The position numbers and the translations under genes are program-made. From Lepidodermella squamata (Eukaryota; Animalia; Gastrotricha), in assembly GCA_047495785.1 (NCBI GenBank), contig JBLDXI010000029.1, forward strand, positions 496,001 to 560,000: 64,000 nucleotides of DNA, written 5' to 3'. The notes beneath the pieces are model-generated. The model was not told the DNA's origin, ran no database searches, and saw nothing but the letters and a program-made list of their open reading frames with translations. This document shows positions 47,273 through 62,489 of this stretch, one piece after another. How positions within the stretch are numbered: position 1 is the first letter of the stretch; every line of letters starts with the position of its first letter.

Positions 47273-48044
47273 CTAGTTTTGATGGCTTCCGCCAGCAACA
47301 GGTGGTGCGACAACGAATCGCCGCTGAGTGTACCATAGGAAAGCAGAAAGTGCGACGGTCGAGATTGAAACGACCGGTGCGAAAATGGCAGTTGGAAATT
47401 GGCCATGTCGCAGGCACTTGTAGCCGTAATAGCCCTCGGAACACGGGCATTCGAACAGAGCCGGACCTCGAGGAACGCAATAAGAGCTGTTCGGGTACTC
47501 GGCCAGCTCGATACACGCGTCCGAGTGGCGCTCGCAATAGGTAACTTGCGTTTTGCAGACCGTGTAAGTCATATCGGTGTTGTTTTTGACCGAGTCCCAG
47601 GCGAGGTATGTCGCACCGGGGCACTCAACCGGAATCGGTACAGTCAGATAGTTCAACATTGTGTAGTTGTAGAAATCGCTTTCATTTGCAGCTACGACTG
47701 AATTTCCATCCAGCAGCCTAAACATTAAGGAATCTATGTAAAATAAAATAGAAAAAATGCCTTGAAACTCACATGTACTCAACGGTCAAACGATTATCAT
47801 TAGGAATGGCAGTCTGAAGGATATGGAAAGTCGAAAGCTTGCAATTCGAATAGTCCAGGCCGAGAATGGTGTTATTCGACCCAACACAGCACCGGTTGGT
47901 GATCTGACCACTTTTTCCTGAGCAAAAGGTCGAAAATTCAGGCCGGTTCGACGTCAGCGGTTCGCAGGACTTTGTTGAACAAAAGTCTGGAGCAGCTTGA
48001 GCAAAACTAACGGCCGCGATGAGGAATGCAATGCCTTGCCACAT
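47273..48044 (-). CDS. ATRAID: All-trans retinoic acid-induced differentiation factor (APR-3); intron 47772-47718
   Basis: Signal peptide, RCC..ILGLDYSNC, EGF-like C..CVPRGP..CPCSEGYYGYKCLR.GQFP, TM ending LWYTQRR. Confidence 0.88.
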
Positions 48045-48477
48045 TTTAATCAACAAAAATTCTATCGAAAATCGAGCAAAAAATGAAGATCAAATCTTGT
48101 TTTAAAAACACAATAACGGAAAAAGCAACAAGCCATGTCATGATTCGGTGCGTCATGAAGAAATATATTTATAGGCGGTCGGTTTTCGCACGCCTAAAAA
48201 GTGTGAATTCCAAATGTACGCAACACGAGACTAGAAATTTGCATAATTAACGATCCGCATTACTCCATTCGCGCCCAGCGCTCAAATGCAATTAATCAAG
48301 TGTAAAACCACAGGTATGAGAGAAAGAGGGTGTTGAGAACAGCCAACGAGAAAGCGCAACTTGCAGTAGTAAAAATTACAAACAATTTCATTTCACCGCG
48401 TTATTTCGTAAATTTTTAATGAGAGCTAATAAGAGATGGTAAGTAGCCAAAAAAGTGACGGTAAAAACTGTCGCAAA

Positions 48478-51282
48478 TCACGAAAAATTCTGGCAAATCG
48501 TCTCGGCGTTGAAAAGCGGCCGATTCGGCCGGTTCAGCATACTGTTCGCCAACGATGTCAGCAAAACTTCGGGATTTCGACTACCATCAGGCATATTTTC
48601 TTTTCTGAAAACAAAATATTTATTTAAATGAGTGGAATAAAATAAAGAAATTGCTGAAATTTACTAATTTATAGGAAAAATTATAGAATGAAGAATAAAA
48701 TTACTTACAGCCTCAAATTAGCGGTTCCACCAAGTTGAACACTCGGAGCGCTGGCGAGCAGTTTCAAGTTCTCATGCGTAAACTCGGTCACGGTGCGTAA
48801 ATACTCGGCCGTGTTCGTGTTTTCCTCCTTAAACACGTAGTCTGGATGCAGCCGGTAGTCTGGCGCGAAAAACTGCATATACTCCGTCTGCGGCAAGTCG
48901 TCGGTCAAATCACGCCCGGTACACACGGCTGTTTCGTAGGTCCAACACCGGGCGACATTGCGAATCGTGTAGCCACCACCGCCTAGCACCAGGGTGGGCA
49001 CATTGAAGCTTTTGACGAATTTTACGCACTCCCCGTGGCCTTTAATCGTCATGTTGAAGCAGCCGAGGCGGTCGCCGCTCAGCGAATCGGCGCCGCATTG
49101 TAAGATGATGGCCTCGGGTCGGTAGAACGCCATGACGTCGCTGATAACCGACCGAAAACATTGCACATAATCGCCATCTGTGATGCCTTTTCGAAGTGGC
49201 ACGTTCACAGAGTAGTACCGACCATTATCAGCCCCAATTTCGTACATATCTCCCGTTCCTGCAAAGCAAGATAATAGTTTAGTCTAGTCAAACACTTATC
49301 TCTAAACGAGTTCGAAACACCAAATTTAATCTATTACTCGACCAATTAGTATCTTAGAGGAAGTAGACATCATATTACTCCAGGTCGTTTCTACTATTAT
49401 TCCAAGGTCATTATAGTTTGACTAGAACCATGCTAAAAAATGTAAACTAATATTTAAGCGATTTTTTGCGCTGTAAATTTGAGGTTTCAATTGATCCATG
49501 CCAGTTTTGTGCGATAAATAAAATTGCGGGAGATCTAAATCTTTAAAATTTTGAGATCAATAAGAATTTGATATAAAATCGCAAAATATTCATATAATTC
49601 GATTTTTGAAGACCTCATGGGTGATATAATCAAATTTGCCTTAAAGCATAATCGAAAATTGAAATTCTAGGGGTCAAAATGAGGGGAAAATACGCATATG
49701 CTCACAAGAACAACAAAATTATTATTTTCATAATTTAATTAAAATTCTCAAAAAAAAAATTACCAGGGAAAAACATTTCGCCGTATTTGTGAAACGAGAC
49801 GGTCATGACTCGATCGGTCAAGTAGAACGCCTCCTGGACGCCGTCGCCGTGATGCACATCAATGTCGATGTACAACACGCGGCTGAAATATTGCAGCAGC
49901 TCGAGGGCAGCTATTACGATGTCGTTGATGTAGCAAAAGCCGGATGCTTCACACTTTTTCGCGTGATGCAACCCGCCGGACCAATTTATCGCAATGTCAC
50001 ACTGTTTTGCATTGAGAAGCGTCGCGCCCCGCATCGAGCCGCCCGTATAGCGGCAGCAATAGTCGTAAACACCATCAAAAATCGGGCTATAGAAAATTGA
50101 AAATTGAAATTTGAACAAAAATCCGTGGATGCTTCCAAAAATTCAGGAAAAATTGAGAAAATAAACGAAAAATTCCGGTAACTAACCAGTCTTCTCCAAC
50201 GTTGAAAGTGCCGTGGTAGCCTTTAACTATGCCACCCGGGTGGGTAGGGGCTGTCGATAGCGGCTGGCCATTGCCGTTGGCTTTCGGGTCTGGACACGAA
50301 GCGCGTCGCAGAAAATCGATGTAATCATCGGCGTGAAACCGCAACAAATCGTAGGTTTGAGCAACAAACGGTCCATAAACCTAGCAGAAATTTTTGATAT
50401 AATAAAATCGATGAATTGCAGTGCAGTATATGAAAAAACTGCTGCATTATATTTCAATTTAACCAAGAAACTAGACTTTATCCACGTGAAAACTACGAGG
50501 AATGATAAGAAATTGCATGCGTGTAGCCTGCCATGCAAAATGTTTGAAAATATAGCACCGCTATTGACCACACATGTGTGTGTGTGTGTGTGCTAGTGGG
50601 CGAACTTCTACGATACGACTAGTAAGAGTAGCACTAGCAATGGACGGAACTGTTGCTTACTCAGCTTGTACGCCATATTGAGCGCTTACCTAATCCTATG
50701 CGTTTGTACTTGGCGCGCTTGCTTTTGACAACGCGAGAGCGCACGCGCGTAATCTAGTCAGGCCGTGAAAGCAGGCCGTCGGCGCCTGGTTACTCACAAT
50801 TACGCGGCGAAAGTGCTGAAAATCGTGTAACTCACGGCCAGGCACAACTTTCAGTAGCATCAAAAACATAAAAGCTAATGGCCAGATATTGACAAGGATA
50901 TGGCGATTTAAACCAATAAATACAACAGGCGCGCTTACACCAGCATTAGGAGCAAGAGCGAACAGGAGCGACAATTGCGCAATCACCACTGCGGGAGCGA
51001 GCAAGAGCCCGTTAATTCCCCGTAGACTTGAGAGCTTACATATGTTGGAATTAAATTGTGGGGAGGGCGATTTCGGATTAAGAAAACTCGTATAACCGCT
51101 CCTGATGCACCCATTTCCGATTTTGCAATTGAAATATTTACCTCCATATCCTTGTGAAGATCATAGCCGAAAACGAGGCTGTGGGTGAGTTGGAGACGGG
51201 TCGGCTTCATCGGGTGATTGGCGCCATAGTAGTAGTCCCCGACTTGGGGGTCGTAGATGTACGCCACGCGGGGATATCGCAT
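48478..51282 (-). CDS. HDAC3: Histone deacetylase 3 (5 exons; last exon ~48604-48478 inferred)
   Basis: [63 protein letters not shown] (HDAC3-type signatures). Confidence 0.93.
50575..50592. repeat. (TG)n microsatellite in HDAC3 intron 1
   Basis: tgtgtgtgtgtgtgtgtg. Confidence 0.9.
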
Positions 51283-51784
51283 TGTTCCAATTTCGACTAA
51301 TTATCGAATCATAATAATCTTAAATTAATTTCTAAAAACGAGAAAAATAGGCAATTAGGTTTCTGTTCTTCTTCTTTCATTAGATTCATTCTTCAGGGCA
51401 AGAAGATATATTATAATCACTACATAACCGGGTCTACTTATCTGCCAGAAATAACAGTTTATACCATCATTAAATTTGTCCATCAAACAACGGAATCGCT
51501 AAAAAATTCAGCTGTTTGTTATTTCAACAAAATATTGCACGGCATTCAATTTTTAGCCATCGTGTTGGCTCAAAAAAGCTAAAACAACTAGCAACGCACG
51601 ATTCAGATAGGCAGTATTGTACCGGGTGGTAGTTGGGCTGTTTTACAACTTTTCATCGTTAAAATGATGTATTACTCACGGGTAGTTTAATATATTTCGC
51701 ACCAATTCTTCAATTGATTAAATTGGAAAAAATAATTAGTAATTATAACAGTTCTTGAGGTTTCACAAAAAGCGTTTTTGGCCA

Positions 51785-53805
51785 TCATTCGCTCATGTAA
51801 GGATAACGCCAAGTTGTGAGTGGAACGTGAGTTTCTTTAACGGCTTGAGCCGAAACAAAGCGTAACAGGTAGTGAGGTCCGCCAGCCTAAAAATTAGAAA
51901 ATTGAAAAATCAATTAGAAATCCATATCTAAATAAGGAAAATTTCTTTAGGTGTCAAAGCAATTGAACCAAAAATCAACTGATTTTTCCAGAAAATTCAA
52001 AAAATTCGGAGTCGGCTAATCGATAAAGAATCTATCAAAAAATTTGAAAGAATTATCATGAGCCTTAAGAGTATCCTAAATCAGATATCAACTTGAAAAA
52101 TCAATTGCTCAGCGAATGAAAAATTGGAAAATTCAATTCCAGACTCGAATATGAATTGCCATGAAATTTGTAAAAATACCCAACAATGGTAGGGCAACGA
52201 TTAGAAATGTACCTTATCATTTGTTCCTGAATTGCGGCTGCCACCGAAAGGCTGTTGCCCAACAACGGCGCCCGTCGATTTATCGTTAATGTAGAAATTG
52301 CCAGCGGTATCTCTGAGGGCTTTCCTCACGTGAGCCAAGGCATCGGCGTCGCGGCAGAAAATCGCCCCTGTTAATGCGTAGGGGGTCGAGGTAGCAATCA
52401 AGTCCAATGTATCCGCAACTTTCGAATCTTCGTAAACGTAAACGGTCAAAACCGGACCGAAAATTTCTTCAGTCATCAATTTAACTTTCGGATTTTTCGT
52501 CTCAATCACAGTCGGCTGAACGAAGTAGCCCTGCGAGTCGTCTCCTGATCCGCCGGCCACAATTGTGCAATCACTCGAATTTTTCGCGAAGTTAATGTAG
52601 CTCATAACGCGATCGAACGACTTCTTATCGATCACTGACGAGAAAAACGACGAAAAATCGATAGGTGAGCCGATTTTCACTTGTTTCAACTCAGCGACAA
52701 GACCCTCCTTAATTTTAGGCCACAGCGAGGCTGGAACGTACATCCTCGAGCAGGCCGAGCATTTTTGACCCGAATATTCGAAAGCCGACAAAATCGTGCC
52801 ATTTACAACGGTTTGAATATCGGCAGATGGGTGGACGAAATGGTAATTTTTCCCGCCCAATTCACCGATTAACCGAGGTAACGATCGGTATTCGCCGACT
52901 CTCTGACCAACTTGGCCCCACAACCAGCGGAAAGTAGGCACGGAACCAGTAAAATTGATGCCGGCCAGATTTGGGTTAGAAGTTATGACCTGGCCGAAAG
53001 TTGGGCCGTCAGCAGGCACAAATTGAATAACATTTGGCGGGATTCCTGCCTCTCGAAGGGCCTTATACGTGATGTAATTCGACAGAACTGCGGTATCACT
53101 CGGCTTCCATAATGAGACATTGCCCATCAGAACCGGGGCTGAGGCGAGATTTCCTCCAATACTCGTAAAATTGAATGGGGAAACAGCTGCCCAGAAGCCT
53201 TCAGTGCCACGTAAATCCAACGAGTTCGTACTAGTTTGCGTACTAATCGGCTGATATTTCAGCAATTCACCGAGGAAAGACACGTTGAACCTTAGGAAAT
53301 CGATAAACTCCACAGATGCGTCGATTTCGGCCTGAATAACGGTCTTCGCTTGGCCAATCATTGTGGTCGCGAGAAGTTCTGGACGATATTTACCCGCGCA
53401 TAATTCGGCGGCTTTCAGAAAAATCGCTGCCCTTTCCTCATGAGGACGAGCCTCCCAGGCACGACGGGCTTCCAACGACTGATGAATCGCCTTTTCCAGC
53501 AAATCCTTGCTAGCGTAGTGAAATTTCGCGACCTTGTGCGAGTGGTTATAGGGTGAAAGTTGAAACTTTTCCTCTCCCGCATGAATTTCTTCATCACCAA
53601 TGACGATAGGCACAGAAATCGTTTGAGTCTTGTATTTTTCGATGGTTTTCAATAGCTCAGCTCGTTCAGGTGAGCCAGCTTTAAACGACAGAATTGGCTC
53701 GTTTTTGGCTTTGTAATTTAACAAATCTTGCCGGCTCAGCATTCTTTTGAATAGGGTGATGCGGGTGGTGGATGGGGTGAGGCAGATCAACTTGGTAAAA
53801 TACAT
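51785..53805 (-). CDS. ALDH4A1: Delta-1-pyrroline-5-carboxylate dehydrogenase, mitochondrial; short last exon ~51886-51785
   Basis: NEPILSF, GELGGKNYH, FEYSGQKCSA, INDKSTGAVVGQQPFGG, last exon AGGPHYLLRF..WRYPYM. Confidence 0.96.
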
Positions 53806-54159
53806 TGAAACCCTAAGAAAAATAGAAAATTAATTCCGTATAAAACGTAATTATTCACAAAATAGCGGCGAACAAGGTCGGGAGAACAATCGAACATCAC
53901 ATCATAATCACTGGCGGTTCAATTCATTTTTCTCATTTTGATAGATAAATCAAAGAGTATGCGTGCTTGAACATCTGTAATTTCAAATCATTTTGTTACA
54001 TAGTAATATAATCCAACAGCTTTGTTTGAAAAGAAAGAGACAGATAAAACACGAGAGAGAGTCAGAGAGAGAATACTTTCACCTTCCAAGCACATTTTGT
54101 GAAGCAAGCTTAAAATGGAAATGCTTTCAATTAAAAAATAGCGGTTTACGTCCGGTCGA

Positions 54160-55029
54160 TTAACACAAACACGACCATGATCCTTGGTCATTAGCATCAG
54201 ATCCTTGGGCGTAGTTATTAGTACTAGCACCCAGTCGAACCGTGTTGTTTTGTGAAAGCGAAGTGGACATCGGTTGTTGCCGAACGAGCTTGTGAGCGAG
54301 GGTCATGAAGATAGCATCCACATGATCTGTCCGCGAATCCAGCAGCGCTGAGGTCTCGAAGAGTGGCATGCCGTGGGTGTCAGCGAACTGCTGTGCTACG
54401 TATGTAGGGACTTGCCGGCGTGAATCGTCGAGGTCGACTTTGTTTCCAACGATGATTCTAGGAACTACTAGGGCGTTGTTGCCAGCGGATGTACTATACC
54501 GGTCATATTCTTCGATCCAATGAGCGAGGCTATTAAAGGAAGCAAGATTGGTCACGTCATATACGAATACTGCTGCGTGCACATTGCGATAGTAATGAGG
54601 GACCATACTCCGTCGAAAGCGCTCTTGGCCAGCGGAGTCCCACAGCTGCAATCGAACAAGTTGTCGAGCACTATCCGTGCTTTCAGGTGATGTCAAGTCT
54701 ATGGTTTTTTCTCTGAAGTCAACTCCAACGGTGGCATCAACCTTTTGAGGGAATCTACCTGAGGAATATAACAAGAATCAGGCTGTTATGAATATTTAGG
54801 AAGGTAACATACCAGTGACAAAGCGATAAGTCAAACATGTTTTGCCTACATTCGAGTCTCCAACAACAATTATTTTGTAAATTTTGGCCAAATTGCGCGG
54901 TTGAGGACCAGGATTGGCAGATGTAACTGGGAGAGAGGCAGAAACAGCCGGTTTTGTAGGCGTTGAAGCCTGTACTGGGCTCAGCGAAGCGGATGAGTCC
55001 CCAGCTGACCCTACTCTTGAATCGGCCAT
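54160..55029 (-). CDS. RAB33: Rab33 small GTPase; intron 54812-54759
   Basis: [46 protein letters not shown]-terminal CLC. Confidence 0.93.
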
Positions 55030-56018
55030 CAAAAAATCTATCACGATAAAATAATTATAATCTCGTTGTAAACATGACAGGCATAAGCAAGAAGCAAGAA
55101 TAAACAGGTAATATCTTGGGCAACGAATATGAAACCCGGGATCATTCTATTGAGTCTCCAACGCACGAAGTCTCACTGAGCGAGAAGAGAAAGAGGAAAA
55201 CTAGGAAGAGGAAGTATAGAGCTGTTTGGAGGAGTTCAGCGAGTGCTTCGTGTAGCATTTTGAACTCTCCAGGCAAAATCCACTCGACTTCGGAACGAGA
55301 GCAAATGGGCCAAAAAACTCAGTAAACAACCGGTCGCTCGGGCCCCGAACAAAGCATTCGATTTGATTAGGTTTTAAAAATATCACATATCTTTATTGCG
55401 ACGAGCGTAAAAGTATAACTTGCCACCTTTTTTGTTATTATTGATTTTTTAAGTCTGTCGTTAGCCAGGTTTTTTGTTTTCGTGCCATAGCTCATATTAG
55501 AGATCATAATAGAGATCATAGAGATCAAAATAGAGATCATAGCTCTATTTTTATAATTTATTTTTGTATTACATTGTGCCATCTCTGCGCCTAACATCGA
55601 ATCATCGGTGACAGGTATAACTTATCATCCCAAGCCCTGTTAAATCACCAGAAATGGTGTCAGGGTCTAACATCCATCCATCCATCCATCCATGCCGGTG
55701 GGTCGTCGCCAGCTCTTGAGTCGGTCTAGAGGGTTGTCGCGGATGGATCTTGACGCTCGCAGTGCGAAATGCAGAATATTCCGACCGCTTCTTCTATTTG
55801 AAGCTCCATATAGTATCTCAAATTGTGGAAACGTCGTGCTTATGTGCTCATATTTGCTGTTTCCACTATCCCACTTCCCACTATCCATGCTCGACCCATG
55901 CACATGACTGCCTCTTGCCTCTTGTTTCGAAGTTTTCATCCATTTTGACCTGATAAAGTCTCATTTGTGACGTTTCCACCATTTAAAGGTGTTATCTTTA
56001 CCGAATTCGCATTATTAA
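55030..56018. promoter_or_regulatory. Candidate bidirectional promoter region between divergent RAB33 and BDH2
   Basis: Head-to-head arrangement only; contains AGAGATCATA and (CCAT)n short repeats. Confidence 0.4.
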
Positions 56019-56820
<802 letters not shown>

Positions 56821-56988
56821 AAAGCAGGATTTTTCTAAAAATCTTGGACTTATAACAATCAGCTTCTTTCCACAATTTTCTAATCAATTATTTATCGATG
56901 CTCTATTTTTCAAATCAAATTTTTGATTATTGCAATATCTTTTGACTCTTTTTATAGGTTTTTTGAAAATGTGTTCATATCGCTTTTA

Positions 56989-59900
56989 ATGGAAGCAAGA
57001 TGTGGACCATTTGTGTTCTTCTCCAACTTCGACTCGGGAAATTTAGCCCGGGTTGAGAAAAATGAAGCGTATACAGCAGCCGCTGCTGCGGTCAATGCTG
57101 ATTCCGACGGCGAGAAGGAGGACAATGGACCTCAGGAGGTTAAAGCCGATTATGCCTTCAACGTCTGGGTGTCACCAGACTGTGCTGGAACTCAGTACCA
57201 GAACGGAAATCGAAGCTGGTTTCACTTCGGCATGCGCGGCTCACTGTCGTCGCATACAATTCGCGTAACTGTGATGAACATGAACCGGCAGAGTAAGCTT
57301 TACTCGCAAGGCTACAATGTGATTGCGAAATTCCACCCCGGTCGGCCTAATTGGGATCGGTTACGAATTAAACCTTCTTACAAGATTAACGAGGCTTCAT
57401 TCATGCTCACTTTTACCTGCACTTTCCCGCACAACTGCGATACGGCGTATTTTGCGTTCTGTTATCCGTGGTCGTACGAAGAGTCGCAAAACCAGCTAGC
57501 TCAACTCGAATCGCAATTTTCCTACTGTTCAACGCCGCTACCCGCCTGCCAGGACGCGATTTATTTCTATCGAGAAACGATTTGTTACTCACTACAGGGC
57601 AGAAAGATTGATCTGTTGACTGTTAGTGACTATAGCAACATGTTACCGGAGCCGGAACCGCGCTTTGATTCGCGATTATTTCCGGAGCGGAAAGAGCGGT
57701 GCCGTGCCTATAGGAACAAGCGTGTTTTCGTGCTGACCAGTCGCGTGCATCCGGGCGAGACGCCGGGCAGCTTCGTATTCAACGGCTTCCTCAACTTCAT
57801 CCTACGGCCGAATGATTTCAGGGCGAAACGCCTGCGCGCGTTGTACGTGTTCAAGCTAATTCCTATGCTGAACCCGGATGGCGTGTATTGCGGGCACTAC
57901 AGGACGGATACGCGCGGCGTAAATCTCAATCGCGTGTATTTGGACCCAAACTACGACCTGTACCCGTCGATTTACGCTGCGAAAGCGCTCATAGTCTTTC
58001 ACCACGTCAATAATCGCGTTAAAGCGAGTGTTCCGGAACCGCCATTTAATGGGTTAGTTTTTGCTAATTTCAGAAAACGAGGTCAACTCTTGTTTTGTTA
58101 TTTTGGTACACTTGGGCGAAATAGATTAATCATAGTCTAGAAATGATGAGAAACAGCGTGAATTCACAGTTAATAGCCTCGATTCGCCTTCGCAAGTGAT
58201 CGGCGCGATAATATTGAATTCTGAGTGTAATTGCGCTCACTGTCAGAAAAGTTATGAATAATTAATCGAAACTCAGACATTATTAAAATTTCATCACTTC
58301 GATGCAAAGAATCGAAAAAGCTTTTATTTCTCGATATTATGTGAAAGCATAAACTTATGGACTAATTTATATTCATGCAGGAATCCGCCGAGTAATGGCG
58401 AGCCCGATTCAAAAGTCGAAACTCTTTCGAGCTCGCCGGTCGAACGAGTCGCGTCGCCGTGCAACGAAGATGAAATTGAAGACAATAAAGAAGAAACGCC
58501 AAGAATAGTCAACGAATCTCTAGCCGAAAGTCGCCTGTTTAACGAGGAATTTCTGCGAAATGAACGCTGTAATTCAGACTTGAGAAAAAGCTCATCAGCC
58601 CCTCTGATCCGACCCCCGAGTTATGCGTCAATGGTCGAGCAGCAGTTGCGCCGATCTGGCATCACGGCTTCAAACTTAGCTCTCGATCAAGTCGATGAAA
58701 CTCTGGCTGAGGCGAAACGGCTGGGGAAGGTGCATTTTGAGCTGGGCAATGAGGGTTCTGATGAAGATGATATTGACTTCACGCCACCGACTGAAACTAT
58801 TCGCTACGCACCGCATTTGTGTGACAAATCGTTGTTGGAAATACCGCCATCGATGAGCGGCATTGCGTTCTACGTCGATTTGCATGGTCACGCATCGAAA
58901 CGCGGCTGTTTCATGTACGGCAATCACATCGAGGATGAAACGCTTCAGGTTAGCGAAAATTGAATTGATAGGGAAACAATTTGAAAATTTATTTTTAAAT
59001 TTAATTATTATTTTTTCAAATTTTTGACGAATTCATAATTTAATTCGAATAATTTTGAGAATTCAGCAATGCTCATTTGTGTTTATTAATTTTTAGGTGG
59101 ATAACGTGGCCTTTGCGAAACTCATCGCACTCAACAGTCAGCATTTCGATTTTGAAGGTTGCAATTTCACGGAGAAGAACATGTACGCAAGAGATCGGCA
59201 CGACAATTCGAGTAAAGAAGGCTCGGGCCGAGTCGCCATCTACAAAGCCATCGGCATCGTCCACAGCTACACGCTGGAATGCAACTACAACATGGGCAGA
59301 ACTACGAATGTCCTCAGCGCGGCTATGGGACCAGGCTCAGGCCGCACCACGCCACCCCCGGCCCCGTCGTACATGCCTATTCGTTATTCGCCAGCTCAGT
59401 TCGAAGAGGTCGGGCGAGGCGTTGCGATTGCGGCCCTCGATATGGCGATGGAGAACCCATGTTCGAGGCTGCCGAGTACGGAATTCGGGTGTCTGAGCCG
59501 GTTGAAGGAGTGGATTCGCTACCGGGTTTTAGCCGGCCGAGCCGAGGCTAGGATATACCGAACTTCAGTTTCAACCAACTCCGGAACAGCTCTCGCGAAA
59601 TCCAACGGCGGAACTGCCCCGAAACATCGATCAATGTCACTACCAGCGGCTAATATGGTCCAAAAATCTCCGATCAAGGCCATACCGCCGAAAGTGGCGG
59701 CGAACACCCGATCGCCTAGCACGAATCAAAACCAGCGAAATCAACCGCAAAAACCAGCCCCGCAGCCTCAACCTGGCTCGCCGACAAAACGAGCGTTGTC
59801 GTTCAGTAACAAAACAACATCGCCGTATTTCTGCAAGCCGCAGCTGGGCAATAACGGAAATGCGGTGAATTCACTGCTTAGCAGCAACTTGCAGGAGGAG

Positions 59901-61931
59901 GCGAATCAACAGGTGGTTGGCAATGAACCTGCGCTCAAATGGCCGTCGATTTCTGACGAGAAACGCCCGTCCTCCCCGTCGGTTGTTGCGCTGCCTGTTC
60001 GACCGCCTCAACAGTTGTTGAGTGTGACGAAAGTCGAGCCGTCTCTGGTTATTCCGATCCCGGCCTCTGGGCCATGGGTGTTGAGTAACGGCCAGCAGCA
60101 ACCGTCGCCGTCGTCGAATGGCTCCAACGCGACGACAACGAAATTTGTGTTGAATAAAAACGGAGTGAGTAATAACGGGAATAATGCGAATGGAAGGACG
60201 AATGGTGCGGATTCGGAGCGAAAATTGAATAATAAAACGCCGTCTGATCCTCAGTTCGATAGTATTCGACGAATGAGCAAGTGAGTTGATTCGCAAAACT
60301 TTCCCACTTCAAAAAGTGGGTGGTTATTGAAGGATGCGAAAAATATTGAATTTTGTTCGCAATTTCTACCTAAAATAATTTCGTAGGATTTCGGAAATTT
60401 CGAAATTTTTCATTTTTATAACAGTTTTCTAAAATAATTGAGTGTCTAATTTACGACGATAACTAGAGCTGAAAAAGCGGTCCAAACAACGCCTATTGTA
60501 ATTGCTACGAAAAGCAGTCTCACGCCAAGAAGGTGCTATATATATCATAATAACCCCAAAATTGATCCGATTCAAGCCCATTAACGCTCAGTTTCATCAT
60601 TTTTGCTTTGCTCTGATAATTTTCTAATTTTATTGAATCCTTTTTTTTTGTTCCAAATTCGGAAAATGCTGATAAATTTTTGGAATTTTTTGCCATCAGA
60701 ACGACCAAATCTGCCGTGAAATCGCCGCAAATTTCTGCGGCTCAGCGGAGTCTTAGCCCTAGAAGGTGTGAATAGTTGTAAATTTATAGATATTACCTAT
60801 CTCATTTCAGCCTATAATTTTCTCGATCCCAGTAAAATTTTTCATCGCTCAGCTTATGAGCTTATTTCCCTAACTTCTAAATAGATCCTTCATTCTTAGA
60901 CAACCTTTTTTCGAGAAGTACCTATCGATTCAGTTTTGCCTAATTTGCGTTTACATGTTAATTTTTCATGTAAAATAATTGGAAATATTCGAATTTATTT
61001 TAAATAGGCGACCTCAAAGTAAAGGCTACAATTTTTTCTCCAACTCTCACATCTACCCATCCTCGCCGGCCATGGTCAACAACCCGAATTCGGGCGTTTC
61101 TAAATCCTACGCGCCTCAGTCTGCCTCGTCGAACAATGGTCAACGGCAGATGTCGGCTGACGGGTCCTCGGTACAAATCCCACGCAACCAAGACGGCTCG
61201 CCCCCACCTGGGCAAACCGCATCGATGACCCTTTTCACAAAACAGAGGTAATATTTCCGCTATTTTTCGATTTTGTAGAGATGGAACAAATTAGGCACGT
61301 AATGCTCTTTGCTTTCACCCGATAATTTTTAACCTGAGAATTATTATTGACATTTTTCAATGAAAAGCCTCCGCCAATAATTCGAAAGGTTTGTAAAATC
61401 GAAACGAGTGTTTTTTCTGTCTTGGGTTTCATGAAGTGCTGTCTATCTTGGTCTGAAAATTCTGATTTTATTTCCATTTGATTTTTGGTTTTTACTAACA
61501 ATTTTGTGACTAGTATTTACAATTTCCCTTATTTGTACAGTGATGATGCCGATGTCGATGTGTTGGAAGTTCAAGACAGTACCGATGCAATTGTTGAAAT
61601 GTTCGAATCCTCCACACTCGAGATGCATTTCGGCGGAAACACATCAGCGCTGATGGAGCAAGAATTCGACCCGAGCCCGGCCATGTTTCCACCCATCGAA
61701 AGCTCCGGACCATCGATAGCGCGGCCTAGCATTTGCAGTGTTAATTTCATCATGCCTTTCAGTAGCACGGCCCCTAGTAGTAACGGCAGTAGCGGCAATT
61801 TGGTGAGAAATAGCAATTCGAACCACCTTAATAGCTACGCGAGGCGGCGCAATTTTCACCAGAGACCTGGCATTGTCCACCCTAGAGTCCACCTTCGATT
61901 AGCTCAGTCGCCTCCTCGGCGAAAAAAGTGA
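56989..61931 (+). CDS. AGBL5: Cytosolic carboxypeptidase-like protein 5 (tubulin deglutamylase); 3' exons at ~61009-61247 and ~61541-61931 inferred
   Basis: [85 protein letters not shown]. Confidence 0.92.
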
Positions 61932-62489
61932 TTGATTGCGAGCGATTTCTGATTTGTAAAATACTGATTTGTTGTGCTTTTGTTGTTGATTTTATTCAAA
62001 TGCCTGAAAAAACGATGATGTGATACTTGTTTGCCTCGGATAATCTGCAAAATTCGTAGAACGAGAAAGTATTACAGCTTTTAGTAACAATTTTTCACGC
62101 TTACTATTTACATTGCAAGGAATGAGCAAAAATTTTGCCCATTTTTTTATCACTCAATACTGCGCTAATATATGACTTTTTTACTGGATCTCGAGAAGAA
62201 CAACATGAACAGCCTTCTACAATCATTTTTCAATTAATATATCTATCAGCTACCGTGTGTTTTGTGCATATTATCTCTTTTGTTTTTCTCTCCTCACTTT
62301 GCCATTATTATTATGAAAATATTCATCGATACGAAAATGCTGGAAGCTATAAGCCTCACTAGTGTTTTTGAACAAAAAATGCAGCGAATTTTCGAGCGAG
62401 AAACAACGACGAATAAAATCAATCTTCAATGATGAAAAATTGCGTGATTTTTTCTAGAATATTGTTTTTGTCTTTTGGTTCGGGAATTA

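Noticed and set aside
54630-54645. Rab33 G3 motif reads WDSAGQ rather than WDTAGQ
   Set aside because: Conservative substitution at a variable position of DxxG; unlikely to matter
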